Assembly (NCBI GenBank): GCA_038279365.1
Contig: JAYODI010000024.1
Span: 5,146-64,076 of the forward strand
Length of the DNA stretch: 58,931 nt
Reading direction: 5' to 3'
DNA from: Candidatus Latescibacterota bacterium
Lineage (GTDB): Bacteria > Latescibacterota > UBA2968
Below, piece after piece: positions 8,313 through 18,687 of the stretch. The position numbers and the translations under genes are program-made. The notes beneath the pieces are model-generated. The model ran no database searches. It had not been told where the DNA came from and worked only from the letters and a program-made list of their open reading frames with translations. Within the stretch, counting starts at the first letter, position 1. Each line of letters starts with the position of its first letter.

Positions 8313-9517
8313 TGAAGCCGCTACGCGATCTTTTAGACAAACAAGGCGAGCAGTTTCATAAAGGTGGAAAGCTCGAACAGCTATATCCTCTTTATGAAGC
8401 TGGTGATACCATTCTCTATACGCCAGGAGAAGTGACACAAGCCGATTCGCATGTGCGCGATGGGATGGATCAAAAGCGCATGATGATTACTGTGGCACTT
8501 GCATTGCAACCCTGCATTTTGATGGCATTGTACAATACAGGCCTGCAAGCCAGTTTGGCCTATCAGGCCCTTGGTGCTGTCACTGCCAATACGTGGCAGG
8601 CTTGGGTTGCGCAATTGTTGGGTGTGTCTTTTATGCCATCTGATGTGATCAGTTGTTTTGTTTTGGGTGCATTATATTTTGTGCCTGTGCAGATTGTTAC
8701 AATTGCTGCTGGTGGTTTGTGTGAGGCCGTTTTTGCCATTTTGCGCAAACACGAAATTAGTGAAGGATTTTTGGTCACGAGTACATTGTTTCCACTCACA
8801 TTGCCCCCGTTGATTCCTTTGTGGCAAGTGGCTGTTGGGATCATTTTTGGCGTGGTGATTGGCAAAGAGATTTTTGGTGGTGTGGGGATGAACTTCTTAA
8901 ATCCTGCACTTACTGGACGTGCATTTTTATACTTTGCTTATCCGGCACAAATTTCAGGTGACGCGGTGTGGGTTGCTGTTGATGGATACAGCCAGGCAAC
9001 GATATTGGCATCTTTTGCCAGCCCTCAGTTGAGCGTAACCTATTCTTGGTTGGATGCTTTTTTAGGTTTTGTACCCGGTTCTATGGGAGAAACGTCGGCC
9101 TTGGCATGTTTGCTTGGTGCGGGTATACTTATTTTAACAAAGGTTGGGTCTTGGCGCATTATGGCAGGTGTGACGGTGGGGATGGTGGGGCTGGCGTGGT
9201 TGTTTAACAGCATCGGCAGCACAACAAACCCCATGTTTAACGTGACACCAAGCTGGCATTTTGTGATCGGTGGGTTTGCATTTGGTACCATATTTATGGC
9301 AACAGACCCCGTGAGTGCGGCTATGACAACGGGTGGAAAGTGGATTTACGGTATTTTGATTGGTGCAATGACGGTGCTTATTCGCGTGGCAAACCCTGCT
9401 TATCCCGAAGGGATTATGTTGGCAATTTTGTTTGGTAATGTGTTTGCACCAATTATCGACCGGGTATTTGTCAATCGCAATATTAAGAGGAGACAGGCCC
9501 GCTATGCAGAAAGATAG
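8312..9517 (+). CDS. nqrB: Na+-NQR subunit B
   Basis: [36 protein letters not shown] and FMATDPVS. Confidence 0.95.
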   Translation: MKPLRDLLDKQGEQFHKGGKLEQLYPLYEAGDTILYTPGEVTQADSHVRDGMDQKRMMITVALALQPCILMALYNTGLQASLAYQALGAVTANTWQAWVAQLLGVSFMPSDVISCFVLGALYFVPVQIVTIAAGGLCEAVFAILRKHEISEGFLVTSTLFPLTLPPLIPLWQVAVGIIFGVVIGKEIFGGVGMNFLNPALTGRAFLYFAYPAQISGDAVWVAVDGYSQATILASFASPQLSVTYSWLDAFLGFVPGSMGETSALACLLGAGILILTKVGSWRIMAGVTVGMVGLAWLFNSIGSTTNPMFNVTPSWHFVIGGFAFGTIFMATDPVSAAMTTGGKWIYGILIGAMTVLIRVANPAYPEGIMLAILFGNVFAPIIDRVFVNRNIKRRQARYAER

Positions 9518-10301
9518 TGTTCAAAGAACGGTTTTGGTTGCCTTGGTTGTGTGTTTGGCTTGTTCAGTGCTTGTTTCTGGCGCCGCTGTGGCATTGAGTT
9601 CTGTGCAAAAAGAGAACAAGCGATTGGATAAAATGAAGAACATTTTGATAGCAGGTGGTTTATATGAACCTGCTCAAGATATTCGATCTGTGTATAAAAA
9701 CAAGGTGACACCTTTGTTAGTCGAGTTGGATACAGGGCGCATAATAGGTGAAGGACAGTATCCCGAAGGTATACAGGCCGAAAACTACGATCTCAAAAAA
9801 GTGGCTTCTGATCCTACATTGGGCCGTTCTGTAGATCCATCTGAAGACATTGCAAAGATTCGGAATCGCCCGAAGTATATTTTTGTATATGAGGTGATCG
9901 AAAACGGCAATTTGCAAAAAGTTATTTTACCTATTTATGGTTATGGTTTGTGGTCTACGCTTTATGGGTTTATTTCATTGGGCAGCGATTTGCAAACGAT
10001 TCAAGGCATTACATATTATGAGCACGGTGAAACACCAGGTTTGGGTGGCGAAGTAGAGAACCCGCGTTGGATGGGGCTTTGGAAGGGTAAAAAGGCTTTT
10101 TATGAATCGGGTGATGTCGCCATTTCTGTCATTAAGGGATCTGTCGATCCCAACAGCCCCCAAGCGCAATATCAGGTAGATGGCTTGTCGGGGGCAACAA
10201 TCACCACACGTGGTGTGCACAATATGCTACACTATTGGTTGGGCGACAATGGATATGGTCGGTTAATAGAGACGTTGAAACAAGGAGGTACCCGTGGCTG
10301 A
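9504..10301 (+). CDS. nqrC: Na+-NQR subunit C
   Basis: [17 protein letters not shown] and the FMN-attachment motif DGLSGATIT. Confidence 0.95.
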   Translation: MQKDSVQRTVLVALVVCLACSVLVSGAAVALSSVQKENKRLDKMKNILIAGGLYEPAQDIRSVYKNKVTPLLVELDTGRIIGEGQYPEGIQAENYDLKKVASDPTLGRSVDPSEDIAKIRNRPKYIFVYEVIENGNLQKVILPIYGYGLWSTLYGFISLGSDLQTIQGITYYEHGETPGLGGEVENPRWMGLWKGKKAFYESGDVAISVIKGSVDPNSPQAQYQVDGLSGATITTRGVHNMLHYWLGDNGYGRLIETLKQGGTRG

Positions 10302-10968
10302 GGTTATTGAAAAAGAGGAAAAAGCGCCAGAAGCGCCCTCTGCACCGCCACTTGATATTCGAGAGTTGTTGCTCACACCGGTATTTGACAATAACCCTAT
10401 TGGGCGACAGGTGTTGGGTATTTGTTCTGCATTGGCAGTGACTACGGGTATGAAAACGGCTGTGGTCATGTCCTTGGCTGTAACTTTTGTGACTGCGTTT
10501 TCAAATTTGTCGGTTAGTGCCATTCGTAATCTCATTCCTTCGAGTATTCGCATCATTGTCGAAATGACCATTATTGCATCGTTGGTGATTATTGCCGATC
10601 AATTTATTCGCGCATATGCCTATGATATCTCCAAGCAGTTGTCGATTTTTGTGGGGCTGATTATTACGAATTGTATTATCATGGGGCGCGCTGAAGCATA
10701 TGCGCTTAAAAATCCTCCGATACATAGCTTTTTAGATGGCATTGGCAACGGGCTTGGGTACAGCACAGTTTTGATTGCTGTTGGTTTTTTCCGCGAGTTG
10801 TTGGGGGCGGGTAAACTGTTTGGCTATGAAGTATTTTCATTGGTTACAGAAGGTGGTTGGTATGTGCCCAATGGATTGATGTTACTTGCGCCCAGTGCAT
10901 TTTTCTTAATTGGCTTTTTTATCTGGATTGTTCGTGCGTGGAAACCTGAACAAGTTGAAGAGGATTAA
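10294..10968 (+). CDS. nqrD: Na+-NQR subunit D
   Basis: [10 protein letters not shown] and [16 protein letters not shown]. Confidence 0.95.
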   Translation: MAEVIEKEEKAPEAPSAPPLDIRELLLTPVFDNNPIGRQVLGICSALAVTTGMKTAVVMSLAVTFVTAFSNLSVSAIRNLIPSSIRIIVEMTIIASLVIIADQFIRAYAYDISKQLSIFVGLIITNCIIMGRAEAYALKNPPIHSFLDGIGNGLGYSTVLIAVGFFRELLGAGKLFGYEVFSLVTEGGWYVPNGLMLLAPSAFFLIGFFIWIVRAWKPEQVEED

Positions 10969-10971
10969 TTG

Positions 10972-11583
10972 ATGCTTGAACATTATATCAGTTTGTTTGT
11001 AAAGGCCGTTTTTATTGAGAATATGGCCTTGGCGTTTTTCTTAGGCATGTGTACTTATTTGGCCGTGTCCAAAGAGGTGACTACTGCATTTGGTTTGGGC
11101 ATTGCCGTGGTGGTTGTGCAAGGGATTACGGTACCGGTTAATAATCTGATTTATAAAAGTGTGTTGGCTGAAGGGGCCCTTGCATGGGCTGGTTTGCCTG
11201 ATGTCGATTTGACCTTTTTGGGTTTGATTACCTACATCGGTGTGATTGCTGCGATGGTACAAATTTTGGAAATGGCCCTTGATAAATATGTGCCAAGCCT
11301 CTACAATGCTTTGGGTGTGTTTTTGCCACTTATCACCGTAAACTGTGCCATTTTAGGTGGTTCTTTGTTGATGGTAGAACGTGACTTTAATTTCCCTGAA
11401 AGTGTGGTGTTTGGTGTGGGAAGTGGTTTTGGTTGGGCCTTGGCCATTGTGGGATTGGCAGGTGTGCGTGAGAAGATGAAGTATTCCAATGTTCCTGCAC
11501 CCTTGCGTGGTTTGGGCATTACGTTTATGACTGTGGGTTTGATGGCCATGGCATTTATGTTGTTTTCGGGAATCCAGCTTTAA
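10972..11583 (+). CDS. nqrE: Na+-NQR subunit E
   Basis: [24 protein letters not shown] and FSGIQL. Confidence 0.95.
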   Translation: MLEHYISLFVKAVFIENMALAFFLGMCTYLAVSKEVTTAFGLGIAVVVVQGITVPVNNLIYKSVLAEGALAWAGLPDVDLTFLGLITYIGVIAAMVQILEMALDKYVPSLYNALGVFLPLITVNCAILGGSLLMVERDFNFPESVVFGVGSGFGWALAIVGLAGVREKMKYSNVPAPLRGLGITFMTVGLMAMAFMLFSGIQL

Positions 11584-11673
11584 GAAATATAAAGTGCAGT
11601 ATGTGGGGCATAGAACTATATAATTCAGACTATGCCTTTCTCCTCGCTCTTTTGAACGCATAGCGGAGATGAT

Positions 11674-12924
11674 ATGGACGGAGCTAATTTAATTATACTG
11701 GGTGTGGGGATGTTTACCACCATCGTGTTGGTTTTGGTGGCTGTGATTTTGATGGCAAAGTCACAGTTGGTGGCAGCAGGAAATGCCAAAATCATGATTA
11801 ACAATGATCCTGATGCCACAATTTCTGTGCCGATGGGTGGGAAACTGCTAAATACATTGGCTGAAAATAAGCTGTTTGTGTCTTCAGCCTGCGGGGGTGG
11901 TGGAACGTGTGGTCAGTGTAAAGTGCATATTTTAGAAGGTGGGGGAGAAATTTTACCTACCGAGCGGTCGCACATCAATCGGGGTGAAGCCCGTGAAGGG
12001 TGTCGGTTGTCCTGCCAGGTGACGGTAAAGGGCGACATGAAGATCGAAGTGCCAGAGGAAGTCTTTAGCATTAAAAAATGGAAGTGCAAAGTTCGTTCTA
12101 ATTACAATGTGGCAACATTTATTAAAGAACTCGTTTTGGAATTGCCCGAAGGTGAAGATGTGGGTTTCCGTGCGGGAGGGTATATTCAAATAGAGTGCCC
12201 GCCTCATACGGTGGATTACCACGATTTTGATATCAAAGCTGCCGATGGCACTGAACGCTTTAAAGGTACTTGGGATCATTTTAAAGTTTGGGACAATATT
12301 TCTAAGGTTGAAGAGACGGTGGTTCGCGCCTATTCAATGGCCAATTATCCTGAAGAAAAAGGGATTATTATGTTGAATGTGCGTGTGGCATCACCGCCAC
12401 CTCGTACCACGGGCATACCACCTGGTAAAATGTCTTCTTGGATTTTTAATTTAAAACCCGGAGACGAAGTGACCATTTCTGGCCCTTATGGCGAATTTTT
12501 TGCCAAAGATACCAAGGCCGAGATGATCTTTATTGGTGGTGGTGCAGGTATGGCACCGATGCGTTCACATATTTTTGATCAGTTTAAACGCATTGGTACC
12601 GATCGCAAAGTTACCTTCTGGTATGGTGCTCGCAGTTTGAATGAAATGTTTTATGTGGAAGATTTTGATGGCATTGAGAGAGATTTTGATAATTTTAAAT
12701 GGCATGTGGCATTGTCCGACCCACAACCCGAAGACAATTGGGATGGTTTGACAGGGTTTATTCATCAGGTCCTTTATGATGAATACTTGAAAAACCACCC
12801 TGCGCCCGAAGATTGTGAGTATTATATTTGTGGACCTCCCATGATGAATGCTGCCATTATGAAAATGTTAGACGATTTGGGCGTAGAACCCGAAAATATT
12901 TTGTATGATGATTTTGGTGGTTAA
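11674..12924 (+). CDS. nqrF: Na+-NQR subunit F
   Basis: 2Fe-2S motif [26 protein letters not shown] and YDDFGG. Confidence 0.97.
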   Translation: MDGANLIILGVGMFTTIVLVLVAVILMAKSQLVAAGNAKIMINNDPDATISVPMGGKLLNTLAENKLFVSSACGGGGTCGQCKVHILEGGGEILPTERSHINRGEAREGCRLSCQVTVKGDMKIEVPEEVFSIKKWKCKVRSNYNVATFIKELVLELPEGEDVGFRAGGYIQIECPPHTVDYHDFDIKAADGTERFKGTWDHFKVWDNISKVEETVVRAYSMANYPEEKGIIMLNVRVASPPPRTTGIPPGKMSSWIFNLKPGDEVTISGPYGEFFAKDTKAEMIFIGGGAGMAPMRSHIFDQFKRIGTDRKVTFWYGARSLNEMFYVEDFDGIERDFDNFKWHVALSDPQPEDNWDGLTGFIHQVLYDEYLKNHPAPEDCEYYICGPPMMNAAIMKMLDDLGVEPENILYDDFGG

Positions 12925-12955
12925 GAGATATTATTGATGGAAGATTGGGCATTAG

Positions 12956-12992
12956 AAAGTGGCGTTTTGGGAAACTGAAACGCCACTTTTTT
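12956..12992 (+). terminator. Intrinsic terminator after nqrF
   Basis: aaagtggcgttt...aaacgccacttt plus a T tract. Confidence 0.7.
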
Positions 12993-13019
12993 ATCTTATG
13001 TCATCAAAGGCGAATAGAT

Positions 13020-14024
13020 ATGCGTTGGCTTTCTTTTTTTTGTATTGTTTTTTTGATTGGGTGTGGTAGGGACGAGGCTCCATTGGTGGTGATTCGTGGC
13101 CAAACAATGGGCACGACATATCAGGTAAAATTACCCGATACAGGCGTAGACCGTTTGAAATTAGATGCGGAAATTCAGGTCTTATTGAAAGAAGTGAATC
13201 GCCAAATGTCTACCTATCAGAAAGATTCGGAGATTACGCAATTTAATCAGTCACAGACAACGGATTGGGTTGGCATTTCGGAAGATTTCGGTTATGTTTT
13301 AGGCGTGGCCAAACAGGTAAGTGAGTGGTCTGATGGTGCATTTGATGTAACGGTGGGACCATTGGTGAATTTATGGGGATTTGGCCCAGAAGCCGTGCCA
13401 GAGCGCATTCCTTCAGATGATGAGATTCTGGCACGTATGGCGACTATCGGATATCAGAAGATCACGCTTCAAGATGATAGAAAAGCTGTGCAAAAACAAC
13501 GTGCTGACATGTATTGTGATTTGTCTGCGGTAGCCAAAGGGTTTGGGGTAGATAAAGTGGCTGTGTATTTAGAAGGATTAGGTGTACAGGCTTACTTTGT
13601 CGAAATTGGTGGTGAGGTACGGGTAAAGGGACGGCATGCAGATGGCAGTCGTTGGCGTGTGGGGATTGCAACCCCCACAGCCGAAGGCGGGTTGCAAAAG
13701 GTGGTTGAAGTCGAAGATTTGGCGATGGCCACTTCGGGAGATTATCACAATTATTTTGAAAAAAATGGCAAGCGGTATTCACATACCATAGATCCACGAA
13801 CGGGAAAACCGATAACCCATCGTTTGGCGTCCGTTTCTGTAATGCATCGTGATTGTGCCTATGCCGATGCGTTGGCCACGGCCATTAATGTGATGGGCCC
13901 CGACAAGGGTTTTGCATTTGCATTAGAACAAAATTTGCCTGTTTTTTTACTGATTAAAAGCGATAACGGGTTTGTGGAAAAAATGAGTCCGGCGTTTGAA
14001 AAGATCTTTTATCATCAGAATTAG
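13020..14024 (+). CDS. apbE: FAD:protein FMN transferase lipoprotein
   Basis: Lipobox LIGC, then TMGTTY, DLSAVAKG, EIGGE, ATSGDY, SHTIDPRTG and ADALATA. Confidence 0.95.
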   Translation: MRWLSFFCIVFLIGCGRDEAPLVVIRGQTMGTTYQVKLPDTGVDRLKLDAEIQVLLKEVNRQMSTYQKDSEITQFNQSQTTDWVGISEDFGYVLGVAKQVSEWSDGAFDVTVGPLVNLWGFGPEAVPERIPSDDEILARMATIGYQKITLQDDRKAVQKQRADMYCDLSAVAKGFGVDKVAVYLEGLGVQAYFVEIGGEVRVKGRHADGSRWRVGIATPTAEGGLQKVVEVEDLAMATSGDYHNYFEKNGKRYSHTIDPRTGKPITHRLASVSVMHRDCAYADALATAINVMGPDKGFAFALEQNLPVFLLIKSDNGFVEKMSPAFEKIFYHQN

Positions 14025-14048
14025 ATATGTGAAAATAAGGGGGCTGTG

Positions 14049-14306
14049 ATGGCGACAGTGTTGATTGCGGTGGCATTTTTAATCGTGGCGTTTGTTTTTA
14101 TGGGGGGCGCATTACATTTTGCAGAGTATAAAAAAAAGCAACAAAGTTGTTGTGGCGATGCGTTAGAACCTCATGAACAAGGAAAAGTTGAAGACAGTGC
14201 GTGTTTTACCTGCCCGCGTCGCAAAGAAAATGAAGATTGTGACGAAGACTTTGAAGCTTGTGAACATGCTACAGAAGGGGCGGGTGCCAATGTGGCTGGT
14301 CGTTAA
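14049..14306 (+). CDS. NqrM-like small Cys-rich membrane protein
   Basis: Single TM helix followed by a Cys-rich tail (SCCG, CFTC, C, C), directly after apbE. Confidence 0.6.
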   Translation: MATVLIAVAFLIVAFVFMGGALHFAEYKKKQQSCCGDALEPHEQGKVEDSACFTCPRRKENEDCDEDFEACEHATEGAGANVAGR

Positions 14307-14574
14307 TCATACGGCACTCCGTTTCGTGTAGGTTTTCAAATTGGTCTTTGTAAACAACGATCCAGACAACCCGATTGATACTAACCTCCGAGTGATTTTC
14401 TCCTCGGAGGTTTTTTTGTTTTTGCAATGTACGTTTGATGCTTATGACGCGTCCACCGTTCTTGTATATTGCCAAACGAATTTGCGTGACAAAACGATGT
14501 TGCCAAACGTAATAATAAAGAAATACTCCAAATGCGAGCATTGTAAATAGAAATGCGAGTATCAATGTTGCCAC
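14269..14574 (-). CDS. Hypothetical small membrane protein
   Basis: N-terminal hydrophobic helix and SD-like aagga. Overlaps the nqrM-like 3' end convergently. Confidence 0.4.
   Translation of the reverse strand: MATLILAFLFTMLAFGVFLYYYVWQHRFVTQIRLAIYKNGGRVISIKRTLQKQKNLRGENHSEVSINRVVWIVVYKDQFENLHETECRMINDQPHWHPPLL
14383..14417 (+). terminator. Intrinsic terminator of the nqr-apbE unit
   Basis: aacctccgag/ctcggaggtt plus a T tract. Confidence 0.7.
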
Positions 14575-14822
14575 AAGTAATCCTTGCTCATGTATGTTGC
14601 TTTGTGTTTATTGCCCATTGGATGATCAATGACTGTTGATTCTTTGATTTCGATGTACTTTATTTGGGTTCATGGTTCTTAATTTGATGCAACAATTGGT
14701 GTTTCAGAATATATCCACGATTTTATGATTTGGCGAGACATAGAATATATTTTACTTGATTTTATTGACATATGGATATAAATATTAGGGTTGTTAAACA
14801 GGATTAATAGGGAGCTTGCACT

Positions 14823-15299
14823 GTGCGACAGATGATGATGATTCTGGTTATGTTGGGCGTTTGGTTGCTTTGGTCGGGGCACTATTCCTTTGATCACACC
14901 TTGGTTTTTGCATTGGGTGTTGGGTCTTGTCTTTTTGTGGTCTATATGGCCACGCGCATGAATATTGTAGACGAAGAAGGCCATCCGATTCACTTGGCGG
15001 TTAAGTTGTTGCTCTATATTCCTTGGTTGGTTTGGGCAATTGTCAAAGCCAATATTGATGTGGCCAAGCGGGTGTTGAGCCCCAGTTTACCGATTAGTCC
15101 CTGTATGGTGCGTATTAAGGCAACGCAAAAAACAGATTTGACACGCGTTATTTATGCCAATTCGATTACGCTGACCCCTGGAACGGTGTCGGTAGATTTG
15201 GTTGGAGATGATATTTTGGTACATGCCCTCACTCGTGAAGCAGCTGAAGATGTACAAAGTGGCGATATGGATCGCCGTGTGACCCATTTGGAGATTTAA
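14823..15299 (+). CDS. mrpE: Mrp antiporter subunit E
   Basis: YANSITLTPGTVS and ILVHAL. Confidence 0.9.
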   Translation: MRQMMMILVMLGVWLLWSGHYSFDHTLVFALGVGSCLFVVYMATRMNIVDEEGHPIHLAVKLLLYIPWLVWAIVKANIDVAKRVLSPSLPISPCMVRIKATQKTDLTRVIYANSITLTPGTVSVDLVGDDILVHALTREAAEDVQSGDMDRRVTHLEI

Positions 15300-15303
15300 T
15301 GTG

Positions 15304-15588
15304 ATGTTTGCTGCGGCCATGATTGGTATTTTGGTTACGATGGTATTGGCATTGACCCGGGCACTTTTGGGGCCAACGGTGTATGATCGTATTTTGGCTT
15401 TGAATATGTTTGGTACCAAAGCGGTATTGTTTATTGCTGTTCTTGGATTTTTGACAGGACGGCCAGAGTTTTTGGATTTGGCTTTGATTTATGTGCTGAT
15501 CAATTTTATTGGTACGTTGGCGGTGCTAAAATTTGTTCAATATGGCAGTTTGGGTGCGACACCACGTGAAGAAGGGAAGATCCAATGA
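15304..15588 (+). CDS. mrpF: Mrp antiporter subunit F
   Basis: GPTVYDRILALN and DLALIY...FIGT. Confidence 0.9.
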   Translation: MFAAAMIGILVTMVLALTRALLGPTVYDRILALNMFGTKAVLFIAVLGFLTGRPEFLDLALIYVLINFIGTLAVLKFVQYGSLGATPREEGKIQ

Positions 15589-15911
15589 CCCTTTCCATTA
15601 TAGATATGTTGAGTTGGGGGTTTCTGGTCATTGGTGCTATTTTTTGCGCCATTGGTGGGTTGGGTTTGTTGCGTTTTCCCGATTTTTATAGCCGTTTGCA
15701 CGGAGCAGGCATCACAGATACATTGGGGGCTGGGCTTGTTTTGACGGGTTTGATGTTGCAAGGTGGGGTGTCGATGGTCACTGTAAAGCTTGTTATCATT
15801 TTGGCGTGTTTGTGGTTGACCAGCCCAACATCTACACATGCATTGGCAAAAGCAGCCCGGTCATCGGGGCTTGAGCCTTTGACGGGGGATGGAGGCCAAG
15901 GCCGTGGTTGA
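15585..15911 (+). CDS. mrpG: Mrp antiporter subunit G
   Basis: GLLRFPDFYSRLH, DTLG and SPTSTHALAKAA. Confidence 0.9.
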   Translation: MTLSIIDMLSWGFLVIGAIFCAIGGLGLLRFPDFYSRLHGAGITDTLGAGLVLTGLMLQGGVSMVTVKLVIILACLWLTSPTSTHALAKAARSSGLEPLTGDGGQGRG

Positions 15912-16443
15912 AATAATTGATATTATTTTACTTGCATTGATGGTGATTGTGGCTGTTGTTGCATCGCGGTTACGCAATCTGTTTATGTCTGTGATGTTAT
16001 TGGGTGTGTTTAGTTTGCTTTCTGCAGCGATGTTTACCCTGCTTGATGCGGTGGATGTTGCATTTACCGAAGCGGCAGTGGGAGCCGGTGTTTCAACGGT
16101 TTTGATGCTGGGCACTTTGGGTTTAACAACGCGTGAAGAGAAGGCGGGGTCTCAAAACAATATATTGGCATTGGTGGTGGTGGTCATTACGGGGGCGGCA
16201 TTGGTATATGGCACATTAGATATGCCACTGTATGGCGATGCCAATGCACCTGTTAATAAACATGTAGCGCCCCATTATATTGAAAAATCAGGTGAAGAGA
16301 TCGGTATGCCAAATATTGTGACATCGGTTTTGGCCAGTTATCGGGGTTATGATACATTGGGTGAAACCACTGTGATTTTTGCTGCAGGTATTGGTGTATT
16401 GACACTCATTGGGCGTGTCAGACGCGAGGAGAATGAGTCATGA
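15904..16443 (+). CDS. Mrp subunit, DUF4040/MrpA C-terminal-like
   Basis: AVDVAFTEAAVGAG and NIVTSVLASYRGYDTLGE. GTG start after SD ggagg. Confidence 0.85.
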   Translation: MVEIIDIILLALMVIVAVVASRLRNLFMSVMLLGVFSLLSAAMFTLLDAVDVAFTEAAVGAGVSTVLMLGTLGLTTREEKAGSQNNILALVVVVITGAALVYGTLDMPLYGDANAPVNKHVAPHYIEKSGEEIGMPNIVTSVLASYRGYDTLGETTVIFAAGIGVLTLIGRVRREENES

Positions 16444-16862
16444 AACATCAAAGTATTCCTCGTGTGATGAGCAAATTTTTTATCCCATTGATTATGTTGT
16501 TTGCATTTTATGTGCAGTTTCATGGTGATTTTGGTCCTGGTGGTGGTTTTCAGGCGGGCGTAATTTTTGCGGCCGCTGTGGTTTTATATGCCTTGATTTT
16601 TGGTTTAGATGAGGCCCAAAAAATTGTGCGCCCAGCCACCGTTGAGGTGTTGGTGGCATTGGGTGTCTTGATTTATGCAGGAACGGGTGTGGTTGCTTTG
16701 TTTTTGGGGGGTGAATTTTTGAATTATAATGTGTTTGACGCCCACCATCCTGCCCATGGCCAGCACTTGGGTATTTTGTTTGTTGAATTTGGTGTGGGCA
16801 TTACTGTAGCCGCAGTGATTATGAGCATCTTTTTTTCGTTTGCTGGGCGGGGGCACAAATAA
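16440..16862 (+). CDS. mrpB: Mrp antiporter subunit B (MnhB)
   Basis: HGDFGPGGGFQAG and VEFGVGITV. Confidence 0.9.
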   Translation: MKHQSIPRVMSKFFIPLIMLFAFYVQFHGDFGPGGGFQAGVIFAAAVVLYALIFGLDEAQKIVRPATVEVLVALGVLIYAGTGVVALFLGGEFLNYNVFDAHHPAHGQHLGILFVEFGVGITVAAVIMSIFFSFAGRGHK

Positions 16863-17212
16863 TGGAACCAGGGCTTTATAACTATTGGGTTGCTATTGTG
16901 CTGATGATGATCGGGCTTTATACCGTGATTGCTCGGAGCAATTTGATCAAAAAGTTGATTGGGCTGAGCATTTTCCAAGTGTCGGTGTTTTATTTATATA
17001 TCAGCATGGGAAAGATCACGGGGGGAACGGCACCCATTTTGGGTGAGGGCATTCAGATCTATTCCAATCCAATTCCTCATGTATTGATTCTAACCGCTAT
17101 TGTGGTGGGCATTGCAACTTCTGCATTGGGTTTGGCCATTGTTGTGCGTATTCAAGAAGTCTACAATACCATTGAAGAGGATGAAATTTTGGAACAGGAT
17201 CGCGCCTTATGA
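16862..17212 (+). CDS. mrpC: Mrp antiporter subunit C
   Basis: NLIKKLIGL and NPIPHVLILTAIVVG. Confidence 0.9.
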   Translation: MEPGLYNYWVAIVLMMIGLYTVIARSNLIKKLIGLSIFQVSVFYLYISMGKITGGTAPILGEGIQIYSNPIPHVLILTAIVVGIATSALGLAIVVRIQEVYNTIEEDEILEQDRAL

Positions 17213-18687
17213 TGGATGCTCATTTGCCCATATTGCAAATTATTGTGCCTTTGGTGGCTGCGCCTATTTGTGTGTTGTTACGGCGTAAGACGATTACTTG
17301 GGCATTTGCAATGTTGGTGACCTTGTTTGCGTTTGGGGTTGCCACGCAGTTGCTGATCAAGGTGTTAAGCGAGGGTGTGGTCTCTTATGCGTTAGGTGGG
17401 TGGGCAGCGCCGATTGGCATTGAATATCGGGTCGATGTGGTCAACGCGTTTGTATTGCTCTTGGTAAGCATTATCGGTGTTGTGGTATTGTTTTATGCCC
17501 CCCCCAGTGTGGCCAATGAAATTTCTAGTGAACGGCATTATTTGTTTTATGCGTCCTATTTGTTGTGCTTAACGGGCTTGTTGGGTATTACCATTACTGG
17601 TGATGCATTTAACGTTTTTGTATTTTTAGAAATTTCATCCTTGTCTTCCTATACGCTTATTGCAATGGGGCGCGATCGACGGGCCTTGGTGGCATCGTAT
17701 CAATACTTGATGTTGGGTGCCATTGGAGCCACATTTATTGTGATTGCAATTGGCCTGATGTATATGATGACGGGCACGTTAAATATGGCTGATTTGGCAG
17801 ATCGCTTACCGGCCATGTTTGATACGCGTACGGCAATGGTTGCATTTGCCTTCTTGACAGTGGGAGTTCTTATTAAGCTGGCACTGTTTCCGCTGCACAT
17901 GTGGTTGCCCAATGCCTATTGTTATGCCCCTTCGGTTGTGACGGCGTTTTTGGCTTCTACGGCAACCAAAGTTATGATTTATGTGTTTTTGCGTTTCACG
18001 TTTACGGTTTGGGGTGCCGAGTTTGTTTTTGAAACGCTCAATCTCGATGCTTTTCTGATACCGTTGGCGCTTCTTGGGATTTATGTGGCATCAATTGCTG
18101 CAATTTATCAGACCAATGTGAAGCGGTTGTTGGCTTATTCGAGTGTGGCTCAAATTGGTTATATGATGTTGGGTGTTGGTTTTGTTTCTGTAACGGGTTT
18201 GACGGGTGGTATTGTTCATATGTTTAATCACGCGCTGATGAAAGGCGCGTTATTTTTGTCCGTTGGGTGTGTGGTACTACGCGTGGGATCTGCCGAGTTG
18301 GCCGATTGGAAAGGGTTGGGGCGGCGCATGCCTATTACGATGGCGGCATTTGTTTTGGGAGGCCTGGGGCTTATTGGTGTGCCACTGACAGCTGGTTTTA
18401 TTAGTAAGTGGTATTTAATTTTGGCGGCCCTTGAAAAGGGGTGGTGGCCTGTGGCGTTGTTGGCACTGGTGAGCTCTTTGTTGGCGGTGATGTATGTGTG
18501 GCGTGTGGTGGAGGTTGCGTATTTTCAAAAACCTGACGGGAACGATGAGGTTAAAGAGGCACCCTTGCAGATGCAAATTTCGATGTGGGTATTAACACTT
18601 TCAACATTGTATTTTGGCATTTCAACAGATTTGACCGCTGGTGTTGCCCAACAAGCGGCTGAATGGCTTTTGGGAGGGACGCCGTGA
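17209..18687 (+). CDS. mrpD: Mrp antiporter subunit D
   Basis: DAFNVFVFLE, KLALFPLHMWLP, KRLLAYSS and NHALMKGALF. Confidence 0.9.
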   Translation: MMDAHLPILQIIVPLVAAPICVLLRRKTITWAFAMLVTLFAFGVATQLLIKVLSEGVVSYALGGWAAPIGIEYRVDVVNAFVLLLVSIIGVVVLFYAPPSVANEISSERHYLFYASYLLCLTGLLGITITGDAFNVFVFLEISSLSSYTLIAMGRDRRALVASYQYLMLGAIGATFIVIAIGLMYMMTGTLNMADLADRLPAMFDTRTAMVAFAFLTVGVLIKLALFPLHMWLPNAYCYAPSVVTAFLASTATKVMIYVFLRFTFTVWGAEFVFETLNLDAFLIPLALLGIYVASIAAIYQTNVKRLLAYSSVAQIGYMMLGVGFVSVTGLTGGIVHMFNHALMKGALFLSVGCVVLRVGSAELADWKGLGRRMPITMAAFVLGGLGLIGVPLTAGFISKWYLILAALEKGWWPVALLALVSSLLAVMYVWRVVEVAYFQKPDGNDEVKEAPLQMQISMWVLTLSTLYFGISTDLTAGVAQQAAEWLLGGTP

